From assembly GCA_040391785.1 (NCBI GenBank), contig JBEBXH010000027.1, positions 1,500 to 65,499 on the forward strand: a stretch of 64,000 bases of DNA, read 5' to 3'. The position numbers were made by a program, and so were the translations under genes. Positions 6,913-15,599 of the stretch are shown here, piece after piece (positions within the stretch are counted from its first letter, which is position 1; every line of letters starts with the position of its first letter). The notes beneath the pieces are model-generated. The model had not been told where the DNA came from and searched no databases. It was given only the letters and a program-made list of their open reading frames with translations. The stretch is from Victivallis vadensis (GTDB taxonomy: Bacteria; Verrucomicrobiota; Lentisphaeria; Victivallales; Victivallaceae).

Positions 6913-8859
6913 ATGATAACAATAAATAAAGATGACAAATTTAGAGTATTACTCACTGAAGTTTTACCATATGAAGTTCCTATTTGGCTCTCAAATAATT
7001 GCTTTTATAAGTTATGTTTTTCTGGGCTTATTACTTATCAGTCAGGCGCATTAATAATTAATGGTCAAGGAATTTCATTAAGCGACAACCTGATTCCATT
7101 GGATTATTTCATCGGAAAAGATGATAACAGTTTCAGAAAACTCTCGATCATGCATCCATTGGCTCAATTAAAAGTTGTTGATTTTTATGAGCAATACGGA
7201 GATATTATTCCATATTATTGTCAATGTTCAGAGGCTACTTTACGAGCTCCATTTGCAATAGCAAAAACAATCCGTAATACAGATGATGCTGAAGAAGAAA
7301 AAGAACTCATAGAAGAAGAAGGTGAATTGAGCCCCAAAGACGAAGATCCTCCTTGCAGAACATTTCTTGATACATACTGCAGTTCATATTACACTTATAA
7401 AAAGATTGATTTCTTCTATAAATTTTTTGAATCATACGAATTTCACCGACTTGAAAAAAGATATACTAAATGCTTGCAGGTTGATGTAGCAAAATGTTTT
7501 GATAGCATATATACCCATTCAATTTGCTGGGCTATTAAAGGAAAAGCAACAGCCAAATTAATGGCAGGTAAATTGGAATCATTTGAAGGTAATTTTGATT
7601 ACCTAATGCAAACCACAAATTATCGTGAAACTCATGGCATTTTGATCGGGCCAGAGCTTTCTCGTATATTTGCAGAAATTATTTTTCAGAAAATTGATAA
7701 TGACCTTATAGCTACCCTCTCGCAGAATTCAGTTCGTTGGAGCAATAAAAAAGATTATGAATTTAGGCGGTATGTTGATGACTATATTATATTCTTTAAT
7801 GATGAAAACTGTGTTAGAGACATCATCGCATGTTTAGAAAAATGCTTGATAGAATATAAAATGCATCTGAATGAATCTAAAACCTCATATAGTATGCGTC
7901 CATTCATATCAGAAATTTCAATGTGCAAAATGGAACTTCGTGATTTGATTAAATCGTACTTTGACAGCAAATATGATGAAGAAGGAGAACCTCAAAATAT
8001 CAATAGACCCTCATCTGTTGCTAATAGAATTATCATTCGCATTAAAGCAATCGTTAAAAAGTTTAGCTCTATCTCTTATAAAAGTATTTCTGGTTTTTTA
8101 TTAAATGACTTTACTCGTGGAATTGATCGATTTTTAAAGAAAGCGGCAGAATATGAGACTGATGAACGATGTCTTGTAAACAATTTGCTAATTGATTTGG
8201 ATATCATATTTTTTGTGCATTCAATGGATATTCGAGTCAGGCCGACTGATTTGCTGACTAGAGTTATATTAGGCATATTGCGATCTCCATTATTACAGGA
8301 GGGAAAATGCAAAGCTCCTATTCAGAGAAAGATCTTCGATTCATGTCGTGACATATTCACAATATTAAACGTGCAGAAGAAAAAATGTAATGTTGAAATC
8401 TGTAACGTTCTGTTGATGCTTTCAGCTTTGGAAGAAGATTTTCAATTTACGGAACCATTCTTAATAAAACATTGTGAAATGGACGAGGAAAAACCCATTG
8501 ATTATTTTTTATGGGGGACATTGATGCTCTATATTCGTGATTCACCAAAATATTCATCTTTTAGAATGGTTTTAGAAAAATGCTTAATTCGTTCATTTGA
8601 AACAGGGAAAGATATCTTGAATTCAACGGAACTTTTTATGCTGTTACTGGATTCGTTAGCTTGTCCCTACCTTCCAAAAGAGACGAAACGAAAAATTATA
8701 CGAATTGTAGAAGCTCGTTCAACCTTAGGCTTAAGCCAAGCTAATCAGGATAAATTTATAGCGAGCTGTTCTCGGCACAATTTCTTCTTGGACTGGAAAA
8801 ATGAGGATTGGCTATTTGAAATGGCAAAACGGAAGATGTATATTTTCCCATATGAATAA
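6913..8859 (+). CDS. reverse transcriptase 2 (648 aa, AbiK-like class 1 UG/Abi type with a long helical C-terminal domain); DRT3b/UG8-like by architecture
   Basis: Motifs seen: QVDVAKCFDSIYTHSICW, ETHGILIGPELSRIFAEIIF, FRRYVDDYIIFF (YVDD at 7771-7782) and LNESKT. About 300 aa of helical tail follows. The ATG lies 1 nt after the RT1 stop. Confidence 0.85.
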   Translation: MITINKDDKFRVLLTEVLPYEVPIWLSNNCFYKLCFSGLITYQSGALIINGQGISLSDNLIPLDYFIGKDDNSFRKLSIMHPLAQLKVVDFYEQYGDIIPYYCQCSEATLRAPFAIAKTIRNTDDAEEEKELIEEEGELSPKDEDPPCRTFLDTYCSSYYTYKKIDFFYKFFESYEFHRLEKRYTKCLQVDVAKCFDSIYTHSICWAIKGKATAKLMAGKLESFEGNFDYLMQTTNYRETHGILIGPELSRIFAEIIFQKIDNDLIATLSQNSVRWSNKKDYEFRRYVDDYIIFFNDENCVRDIIACLEKCLIEYKMHLNESKTSYSMRPFISEISMCKMELRDLIKSYFDSKYDEEGEPQNINRPSSVANRIIIRIKAIVKKFSSISYKSISGFLLNDFTRGIDRFLKKAAEYETDERCLVNNLLIDLDIIFFVHSMDIRVRPTDLLTRVILGILRSPLLQEGKCKAPIQRKIFDSCRDIFTILNVQKKKCNVEICNVLLMLSALEEDFQFTEPFLIKHCEMDEEKPIDYFLWGTLMLYIRDSPKYSSFRMVLEKCLIRSFETGKDILNSTELFMLLLDSLACPYLPKETKRKIIRIVEARSTLGLSQANQDKFIASCSRHNFFLDWKNEDWLFEMAKRKMYIFPYE

Positions 8860-9030
8860 ATATTGAGAAGTTTTTGGCGGGCAACAATATTTTTCTCTTT
8901 GGATAAATCGCATTTTTTTAATAAGAATGCATTGTTCTCTGAGATTTCCTCTCTCCTATGAGAATAGATGAGAGTGAGGAGGAAACTCCACACACAAGCG
9001 ATGCTCGCCAAAAGCTTCTCTTTTTTTGTT
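8859..9030 (+). ncRNA. candidate structured non-coding RNA or terminator region downstream of RT2
   Basis: Hairpins lie at 8859-8890, 8910-8930 and 8945-8985. The third is 15 bp, interrupted, with a GAGA tetraloop. A CCACACACAA tract is at 8988-8997. A small hairpin is at 8998-9008 and a T7 run at 9021-9027. Confidence 0.3.
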
Positions 9031-9062
9031 CAGGTATATATTCTATAGATTGCTTTCCTGTT

Positions 9063-9326
9063 TTAAGCAACTTCAAGCCATTGCAATTCAAGAATGATTC
9101 GGATTAGTTTGTCTTTTGTCAATTGCTTCAGGCTTAGAGCAGTATACTTTTTGTTATCCGAGGTTTCTTCTGTAGCGGGAAGGACGTTTATTACCTTTTG
9201 CTTGGATTCCATTGAGATGTGGGGGTAGTGGGAAGTCATGTCGGCGGTGTGGAGCGCCCTACCATTGATTGGATCACGGATATGAGAACGGCTTGGTTTA
9301 TGGTCATGGTGCAGAAGGTGTGGCAT
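9063..9326 (-). pseudogene. possible C-terminal remnant of a tyrosine integrase (very tentative)
   Basis: PHLLHH...ALHTADMTSHYPH loosely parallels the box II pattern PHxLRH...LGHxxxxxTxxYxH with similar spacing. The Arg is replaced and the N-terminal ~300 aa are missing. It lies next to the tRNA 3' end in the same orientation. Confidence 0.25.
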
Positions 9327-9504
9327 GGAATAGATACTATGGGGTTTTAGCTGTCGCCCATGGGCGAAATTTCTTTTTCAGCATGTATGTCTTGAGTTGA
9401 AGGTCGAACATCTCAGCCTCAAAAGTGGTCAGTCTTTTGTATGTCTATTATTTGGTGTTTGAGCTTGAACGGTGGTGGCTGATGGTGTTCGATAGGGATT
9501 TTGG

Positions 9505-9540
9505 AAAAAAGAAAACCAACGGTGTTAAATCGTTGGTTTT
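9505..9540 (-). terminator. rho-independent terminator just downstream of tRNA-Thr (also hairpin-competent on the plus strand)
   Basis: AAAACCAACG (9512-9521) pairs perfectly with CGTTGGTTTT (9531-9540). On the minus strand a TTTTCTTTTTTCC run follows. Confidence 0.6.
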
Positions 9541-9552
9541 GAGCTTATTAAG

Positions 9553-9628
9553 TGGAGCCAATGATCGGAATCGAACCGATGACCTATTCATTACGAGTGA
9601 ATTGCTCTACCGACTGAGCTACATTGGC
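9553..9628 (-). tRNA. tRNA-Thr (anticodon CGT)
   Basis: I folded the cloverleaf by hand. Acceptor is GCCAATG/CATTGGC. D stem is GCTC/GAGC. Anticodon stem is ATTCA/TGAAT with loop CTCGTAA. T arm is ATCGG-TTCGATT-CCGAT. CCA is encoded. Length is 76 nt. Confidence 0.92.
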
Positions 9629-9693
9629 TGATTTCGCTTAATTTAATGACTCTTTTGGAAATTTCAACTTCAAATTCAAGTTTTTTTATCTTT

Positions 9694-11106
9694 TTACCGG
9701 GGAAGAGGGACGTAGCCTGCGGCTTCGATCACGGTTTGGCCCTCTGGGGTGGTCAGAAAGTCGTAGATTCGACGGGCAGGGGAGTCGGCGGGTTCATCGC
9801 GCCGGATGGCCGCATAAATCGGCGCGCGGAGCGGGTAGGTGCCGTCGGCGATGGTCTCATTGGTTGGCTTGACGCCGTTGATCGCCAGGTTTTTCGAGTA
9901 TGGCACCGGGTGAATGTTCTGTTCGTAGTAAAACACCGAAAAGCCGAGCGAGTTGACTCCCAAAGCATCAAAGATGCCTCTCATGGTGAATTCTTTATGG
10001 ACCAACTTCTTATTACATGGCAGTGATCCATTGAAAATCAGATTCCTCATCAGGATGCCAGTACCGGAATTCGGATTCCTGTCAAGCGGGCGAATGGGCT
10101 TGGAGGGGGCTTGATCATCGATATCTTTCCAGGTGAGCCTATCCGGCTGCGCCTGGGTATAGATTCTTTTGATTTGCTCCGGGGTTATGTTTTCGATCGG
10201 GTTCGAGACGTGGACTACGACCACCAGCGCGTCGTAGGCGATGATCTTGGATTCGAGTTTGTCGAGCGATTCGCGGGGAAAAATTGCGCCTTTGCCGGGA
10301 AACGGGGTCGAGAGGTCGAACTTTTCCTCGTAATCCTTTTCCGTCAATGCGGCCACAGCTTCCGGGGAAACGGAGTTGATGACGATCAGATTAGGATTGT
10401 TCAACAATTGCTGATAGGCTGCGCCAGTCTGGCTGTTCGGAGTCAGGGTGTTGCCTGTGTGGAGCAGTGCCCACCGGCGTTTTTGAAGGCTTGTGGCGTC
10501 ATCACTCAGCCCATATCTGATTCCGGGAAGATTATTCTCATATTGGATGAGAATATGGGGAAACAGGCTTGTTTCATCCGTTTTCAAATGTTCTTGCCAA
10601 CTCGGCTTGATCCCGAACATATAACACAGAATAATCATACGCATGGGTAAAGTCGATGTCGCACCATCCAAATCGGGAGTAGCATCGATGGACAAGTCCC
10701 CAAACGGCGGTTTGTCGTAGTTGAACTTGATTTTGGACAAACTGCGGTTCAAGCGGTGGTTTACATGTTCCTGCAGGTCGTGCGCATATAATCGTCCCTC
10801 CAAGGTATTAAGCAGCCAGAAATAAGACATGAACTCGTGCTTGGATGGCTCGTATTGGAAAGATATGGACCCGTTTGGGGATGGCATATATGGCTCATAT
10901 TGATATAGGGTTGACAAATCCTTTTCGAGAATCTCGCAGGAAGCATCGCGATAGCGTTTTTCCCCTTCTCCTGTGAAAGTGAAAGAAAAATCATCTTTGT
11001 CTCTTATTACCAACTGCAGGAGCTGTTTGGCGGAAAGTTTTTCCTCGGCCAGGGCTGAACCGGTTGAGAGAAGAAGCGAAAGCAGAATCAGCACGTAACG
11101 AAACAT
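9694..11106 (-). CDS. secreted protein with a C-terminal PstS-like (PBP_like_2) substrate-binding domain
   Basis: Signal peptide MFRYVLILLSLLLSTGSALA sits after a GGAGG SD. The C-terminal half reads NPNSGTG...LGFSVFYY...ADGTYPLRAPIY, typical of phosphate-binding-protein-like domains. Confidence 0.6.
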   Translation of the reverse strand: MFRYVLILLSLLLSTGSALAEEKLSAKQLLQLVIRDKDDFSFTFTGEGEKRYRDASCEILEKDLSTLYQYEPYMPSPNGSISFQYEPSKHEFMSYFWLLNTLEGRLYAHDLQEHVNHRLNRSLSKIKFNYDKPPFGDLSIDATPDLDGATSTLPMRMIILCYMFGIKPSWQEHLKTDETSLFPHILIQYENNLPGIRYGLSDDATSLQKRRWALLHTGNTLTPNSQTGAAYQQLLNNPNLIVINSVSPEAVAALTEKDYEEKFDLSTPFPGKGAIFPRESLDKLESKIIAYDALVVVVHVSNPIENITPEQIKRIYTQAQPDRLTWKDIDDQAPSKPIRPLDRNPNSGTGILMRNLIFNGSLPCNKKLVHKEFTMRGIFDALGVNSLGFSVFYYEQNIHPVPYSKNLAINGVKPTNETIADGTYPLRAPIYAAIRRDEPADSPARRIYDFLTTPEGQTVIEAAGYVPLPR

Positions 11107-11192
11107 ATGCACCTCCGGTTTATAAAATACATTATCCCGGGGAATGGGGGTTGTCAAAGTTGAAAGTTTCTTTTCCGGCGATAAATTACCGT

Positions 11193-11975
11193 ATGACTAC
11201 TCGATATCTTGGCAGAAATCCTTATCTGGCGACGGTGGTGCACGGCGGGCCCGGCGGCATCGGATCGGCTCACGGGCTGGCACGCGGCCTCTCCGCGTAT
11301 TGCGGTGTGTTGGAGCCGCTGCAGTCGGCTTATTCGGTCGAAGGACAGGTGGAGGAGCTGCGTCAGCAGATTGGTGATTGCGGGAAGCCGTTGATTCTGA
11401 TCGGGCATTCCTGGGGAGCATGGCTGGCGGCGATGGTAGCAGCCAGATATCCGGAACGTATAAAGCAACTGATTCTGATCGGTAGTGGCGCGTTGGACGA
11501 GAAATACCTGCCGCAGCTTGAGGAACGGCGTCTGGCACATCTTGACGCAGCGGAGAAAGAACAGTATTTCGAGGCGATCCGGCACTTACAGGAGGAGGGG
11601 ACCGACAAAGATGCCGGGCTCCGGAAGTTAGGCGAACTGGCGGACAAGGCCGATACCTACAGCCCACTGGATGAAGTGTTCGAAATTGCCACCATTGACG
11701 GTGAGATGTACGCTAAAGTCTGGCCGGAGGCCGCGCAAATGCGCAGGAACGGCGAACTGCTGGCGCTGTTCAAAAAGGTCAAATGCCCGATTACCGTGAT
11801 TCACGGAAACTACGATACAACCCCGCCGGAGGCCGTGACAGAATCGCTGCAGCAGGCCGAGATCAAGTTCACGGCGCACATCCTGGAAAAATGCGGCCAT
11901 ACCCCCTGGCACGAGAAATATGCCAGAGATAAATTCTTCCTGATATTATCCCAAATCGTAAAGGCCGGGGAATGA
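11193..11975 (+). CDS. alpha/beta hydrolase
   Basis: A GHSWG nucleophile elbow follows HGGPGG. The start is placed at the internal ATG, beyond the overlap with the upstream gene. Confidence 0.7.
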   Translation: MTTRYLGRNPYLATVVHGGPGGIGSAHGLARGLSAYCGVLEPLQSAYSVEGQVEELRQQIGDCGKPLILIGHSWGAWLAAMVAARYPERIKQLILIGSGALDEKYLPQLEERRLAHLDAAEKEQYFEAIRHLQEEGTDKDAGLRKLGELADKADTYSPLDEVFEIATIDGEMYAKVWPEAAQMRRNGELLALFKKVKCPITVIHGNYDTTPPEAVTESLQQAEIKFTAHILEKCGHTPWHEKYARDKFFLILSQIVKAGE

Positions 11976-11983
11976 GATTTTTG

Positions 11984-12031
11984 AACACGGAAAGCTTGGT
12001 TGCGGCTCCGCCACGCCAGGTATTCCGTGTT
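11984..12031. terminator. hairpin between convergent genes (9-bp arms, long loop)
   Basis: AACACGGAA (11984-11992) pairs with TTCCGTGTT (12023-12031). T/A runs flank it on both sides. Confidence 0.4.
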
Positions 12032-12040
12032 TAAAAATTT

Positions 12041-14857
12041 TCAGCGTTTGATGGCTTTGTTGTATTCGAAAAGATTTTCGAAGAGATTGACATTGCCGCC
12101 GATATCGCCTGCCAGTACGACCATTCCGTTGCCAAGCGGGCGCGCCATGATGTAGGGCTTTTCCGTTTCGTCGGCAAGTTTCTGACAGGCGAGGTTCACC
12201 CATTTATCGGGGAATGCGGGCTCGAAAACGCCCGACGGGGTGTGCCCGAGCGCCTTTTTCATGTCGTGCGGCGTGGTGGCAAAGCTGTCGGGCGAAATGT
12301 AGGTCGCTTTGCGGACCGGATGCGGCTTTTCAATGAACTTCACCTGAAAGCTCGGATCATCGAACTGTTTTTCCAGTTCATGGACCCAGAAGTAACAGCT
12401 GAAAACCACCACCGCGCCGTTTTTCACCGCCGGAATCAGCTTGTCGCGGTAAAACTCCAGCGGCAGCTTGTTCTGATAGTTTTCGATGACGACCAGCTTG
12501 CTGTCCGTCAAGTCCAGTCCTGCCGCGCCTTCCGGGCCGATGACATTCTGTATCTGCCAGCCGCTCTTCAGGAAGTTGCTTTTGAAACTATCGAAGCGGC
12601 GCCCGTTGGCCAGCCCGGGCGTTGAGAGCCAGGTCAGGCGGTAATCCGGTTTGCCTTTGGTAGTGAAATACAGCGTGGCGCTGCCGCTCATGTCGTGGTA
12701 GGCGGGGAAGGGGTAGCCGCTGGCTTCCGGCTTGCTGTTGCGGATCAGGACGATCTGCCACTGGTCGCCGTCCTTCGGTGTGACTTCGAGCGAAGTGAAG
12801 GGGATGCGGATATTGGTGATCCAGCGGTCGGCTTCGAGAGTCGTTTGAGCTTGCCAGACCGGGTCCCAGTTTTTGTCGTTGCCGAGGGCGTCATAGGTAC
12901 CGCCCGCCGGGTTCGCGGCGAAGTGGCGGTAGGGGAGGCCATCGCCCGGATCGAGGAAGATTTCGATGTTGTCGTCGCTCCAGAGCGCGACGTCGCGCAC
13001 GCCGGAGGTGCCTTTGCGCAGCTTCGCCATGTCGGGTTCGGTACAACTTACCTGAATATGAAGGGCGTCCTTGCTCCAGAAAATCCGGCTCTGGGTGGGG
13101 AGGGGAGTGCCTTTGTTGCTTTTCATCGGCAGGATACCAACCTGGGCGAAGTTCTGCGGATCGTCGGAGAGCTGCGGCAGCGTGGCGCTGGCGGCGTTGT
13201 CGCGGGCCAGCTGATACAGCTTGAGCCACTGGTTGAACAGGGTCTTGTCGAGGGCGACTTCTCCGGAGAACCGGGCATTGTTTTCGCCCTGGACCGCGGC
13301 TTCGGCGGCCTTGAATTTCTCATTGGCCGATTTGATCAACTCGGCATTCAGGAAATGCTTGGCGGTACCCAGGGGCTTGGCGCCGAAATAGCTCAGGTGG
13401 ATTTTCATGCCGTCCCAGGCCGCCGCCATCATCTTGTGGTATTCGAGCATGGAGGCCGCCGCCGGGCCGTAGACGTATTGGCAGTAGTCCGCCAGCAGGG
13501 CATCGATATTTTCGTCCGGATTCCACAGGAGCCTGGCGTAGATGTAGTTGGACAAACGCCAGACCAATTGCGGTATTTCCGCTCGGGGGGCGTTTTTCGG
13601 ATACTGTACGCCCAGTTCGGTTTTCATCCGGACCAGTTTCATGTCGCGAAAAATCTTCATTTCATCGGCCAGCATGTTCCAGAACGGCACATACATGCTG
13701 GGGCTGAACACATCGAATTCATAGCCGTAGATGCCCATCGGGGCCTTGGCCTGCCAGCGCTTCAGTTCCTCCATGGATTTCTGGTTGAAGGCACATTCCG
13801 GGTTGTCGAGTTTATGCACGTAACAACGGTTGTACTGGCAATATTCCACATATTCGAGGCCCTTCACTTCCGTGGCCGGGACCGTACGGTATTCCTGATA
13901 CGCGATACCGGCGAACATGACGTCCGGGCATTTCTTTTTGATTTCCTGAATCAGCTGATAATAGTAATCGTACCAGCGGGAGGAAGGATCGGGATTTTTC
14001 GTGCATTCGGCGCATTCGCAACGGGGAACGATGTCGGCAGGGAAGGCATTTACGAGGTTGAGGCCGCGATCTTTGATCATCTTGACGTGTTTCTCGACCA
14101 TCAGTTTGGTGAAGCCGGGATTCGACCAGCAGCCGGCTTCTCCCTCGGGAACGCGCTTGCCGTTGATCAGAGAGAAGTATTCGGGATGTTCGTCGAAATC
14201 CTTTTTGTTTATGCTGACGGAGTGAAGACCGTCGAGACTGTAGAACCCGGCTTTGTCGCGGATGGCCGGAGTACGCGAACCGCCGTTCAGGAAATTGCGC
14301 GCCAGCCAGATTTCGGTGGGAATGTGATAATGCATACCGCACGGGGTCATTTCCCGGAAACGGAACTCGGGCTTGTAGTTGCGTTTCAGACCGGGCAGGG
14401 TATAGCTGGTTTTCGACGCGATGAACTCGCCGTCATCGCCCGGCCAGAACCAGCGGACGCCGAGCTCATTCTGCAGGAACGAGTATACCGCATAAAGCGC
14501 GCCGCGCGGATTGTTGCCGCACAAATAGAGGTTGCCGTTCAGCGTATAAACCGCCAGTTCCTCAGTATCGCCGGCTTTCAGTTTCAGTCCGGCGGGCAGC
14601 TCGGGAAACGTGGTAAGCGAGGCGATGACGATGGTTTTGCCTTGCGGCGGCTTGGCGCCATCGACGATGGTGAATTCAGCACCGGATATTTTCTTCAATG
14701 CTGCCTGAAGCTCCTCGGCAGCGTATTTTTCCGCTGGGGCAGCCTGCGGAAGGAGCCAGATTTTCCAGTCGGTTTTTCCTTGATCGAATAAGAGATTTTG
14801 TGCCGAAACGGCAGCGCACACCGTCATGACCGCCAGCGCGGTTAATATTGTTTTCAT
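12041..14857 (-). CDS. secreted DUF4838-type glycoside-hydrolase-like protein with a CBM9-like region
   Basis: Signal peptide MKTILTALAVMTVCAAVSAQ. The NPRGALYAVYSFLQNELGVRWFWPG block is typical of DUF4838. The DDNIEIFLDPG...HFAANPAGG block is CBM9-like. Confidence 0.6.
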   Translation of the reverse strand: MKTILTALAVMTVCAAVSAQNLLFDQGKTDWKIWLLPQAAPAEKYAAEELQAALKKISGAEFTIVDGAKPPQGKTIVIASLTTFPELPAGLKLKAGDTEELAVYTLNGNLYLCGNNPRGALYAVYSFLQNELGVRWFWPGDDGEFIASKTSYTLPGLKRNYKPEFRFREMTPCGMHYHIPTEIWLARNFLNGGSRTPAIRDKAGFYSLDGLHSVSINKKDFDEHPEYFSLINGKRVPEGEAGCWSNPGFTKLMVEKHVKMIKDRGLNLVNAFPADIVPRCECAECTKNPDPSSRWYDYYYQLIQEIKKKCPDVMFAGIAYQEYRTVPATEVKGLEYVEYCQYNRCYVHKLDNPECAFNQKSMEELKRWQAKAPMGIYGYEFDVFSPSMYVPFWNMLADEMKIFRDMKLVRMKTELGVQYPKNAPRAEIPQLVWRLSNYIYARLLWNPDENIDALLADYCQYVYGPAAASMLEYHKMMAAAWDGMKIHLSYFGAKPLGTAKHFLNAELIKSANEKFKAAEAAVQGENNARFSGEVALDKTLFNQWLKLYQLARDNAASATLPQLSDDPQNFAQVGILPMKSNKGTPLPTQSRIFWSKDALHIQVSCTEPDMAKLRKGTSGVRDVALWSDDNIEIFLDPGDGLPYRHFAANPAGGTYDALGNDKNWDPVWQAQTTLEADRWITNIRIPFTSLEVTPKDGDQWQIVLIRNSKPEASGYPFPAYHDMSGSATLYFTTKGKPDYRLTWLSTPGLANGRRFDSFKSNFLKSGWQIQNVIGPEGAAGLDLTDSKLVVIENYQNKLPLEFYRDKLIPAVKNGAVVVFSCYFWVHELEKQFDDPSFQVKFIEKPHPVRKATYISPDSFATTPHDMKKALGHTPSGVFEPAFPDKWVNLACQKLADETEKPYIMARPLGNGMVVLAGDIGGNVNLFENLFEYNKAIKR

Positions 14858-14876
14858 GTTTTTTTTCCTGTTTGGG

Positions 14877-15584
14877 TTAATCGTTGAATGAGCACCAGGG
14901 CTCTTTGGTTGAGGCGATTAATTTGGTGTAAAGAACTTGATGGTTCTCGACGTGGCCGTCAACGTGGACGGCGTTGCTGAAGCCATTGTAGAAATAGCGG
15001 CCGCTGGGATCCGTGGTCACCTTGCCGGAATGCCGTCCGTTCATGCAGACCGGGAGCAGCAGATAGCGCCCGGTGTCCGCCTGCTGAGGAGTCATGCTGG
15101 CATCGCTGTTGAAGGAGTCGGCAAGCATAATCATACTGGATGCCGATTTGATATTTGAGGTTTTCATGGTCGACCAGGTTGATCCATAAGAGGCAATTTT
15201 CGCATTGTAACCATAGGACACACCGTTGATGGAAAAGGCATAGGCGCCTGTCTTGGGCATGGCGGGCCACATTTTCGGGCACCAGAAGAGCTGGTCGCGG
15301 ACGTTGGTGTCGCCGCTGGCGATGAAGGTATCGCTTTTGCCAGTGGCGTAGGAGTAAATGGCTTTTACATAAGCGCCCTTGGCAATTACGTTCAGCGGGA
15401 AATAATCATCATAATCAGCATGGTACAACGCAAAAGCACTGCCGAGCTGTTTGAGGTTGCTTTTGCAGTTCGCATCATGAGCCTTATCCCGGGCGGCATT
15501 CAGGGCAGGGAGGAGCATTGCGGCAAGGATGGCTATGATGGCAATGACTACCAGCAGCTCTATAAGTGTGAAATTCTTTTTCAT
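14877..15584 (-). CDS. prepilin-type N-terminal cleavage/methylation domain protein (DUF1559 family)
   Basis: [28 protein letters not shown] at the N-terminus. The C-terminal block is [10 protein letters not shown] (H-X9-DG-like). Confidence 0.85.
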   Translation of the reverse strand: MKKNFTLIELLVVIAIIAILAAMLLPALNAARDKAHDANCKSNLKQLGSAFALYHADYDDYFPLNVIAKGAYVKAIYSYATGKSDTFIASGDTNVRDQLFWCPKMWPAMPKTGAYAFSINGVSYGYNAKIASYGSTWSTMKTSNIKSASSMIMLADSFNSDASMTPQQADTGRYLLLPVCMNGRHSGKVTTDPSGRYFYNGFSNAVHVDGHVENHQVLYTKLIASTKEPWCSFND

Positions 15585-15599
15585 AAAATCGCCTCCATT

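Larger units (their letters stand above)
1..9504. mobile_element. AT-rich genomic island next to the 3' side of tRNA-Thr; left end lies outside the window. Cargo: unknown genes, a serine recombinase, a GATase/amidoligase pair, a two-RT operon and a possible integrase remnant.
   Basis: There is a sharp compositional break. By-eye GC is about 25-45% left of ~9500 and about 60% to the right. A tRNA gene sits at the junction, a recombinase gene is present, and the cargo looks like defence or mobile-element genes. No att direct repeat was found inside the window. Confidence 0.6.

Noticed and set aside
5721-8859. The RT genes as a group II intron, a retron or a diversity-generating retroelement
   Set aside because: There is no maturase X or endonuclease domain and no intron domain V/VI-like RNA. 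I saw no msr/msd-type long flanking inverted repeats. I noticed no about-100-nt template/variable repeat pair or Avd-like gene. Two different RTs in tandem fit none of these. This rests on inspection only, and a repeat search would make it firm.
8745-9011. 88-aa minus-strand ORF overlapping the end of RT2 and the downstream hairpins
   Set aside because: It overlaps the RT2 coding region in antisense. It has no SD and no motif. The region is better explained as RT2's 3' end plus structured non-coding sequence.
9425-9631. 68-aa plus-strand ORF
   Set aside because: It runs antisense through the tRNA-Thr gene and its terminator, so it is spurious.
12695-14791. 698-aa plus-strand ORF
   Set aside because: It lies antisense to the DUF4838 gene, which has a signal peptide and recognisable conserved blocks. 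The product is a low-complexity G/R/A/V/F-rich sequence typical of shadow ORFs in high-GC DNA.
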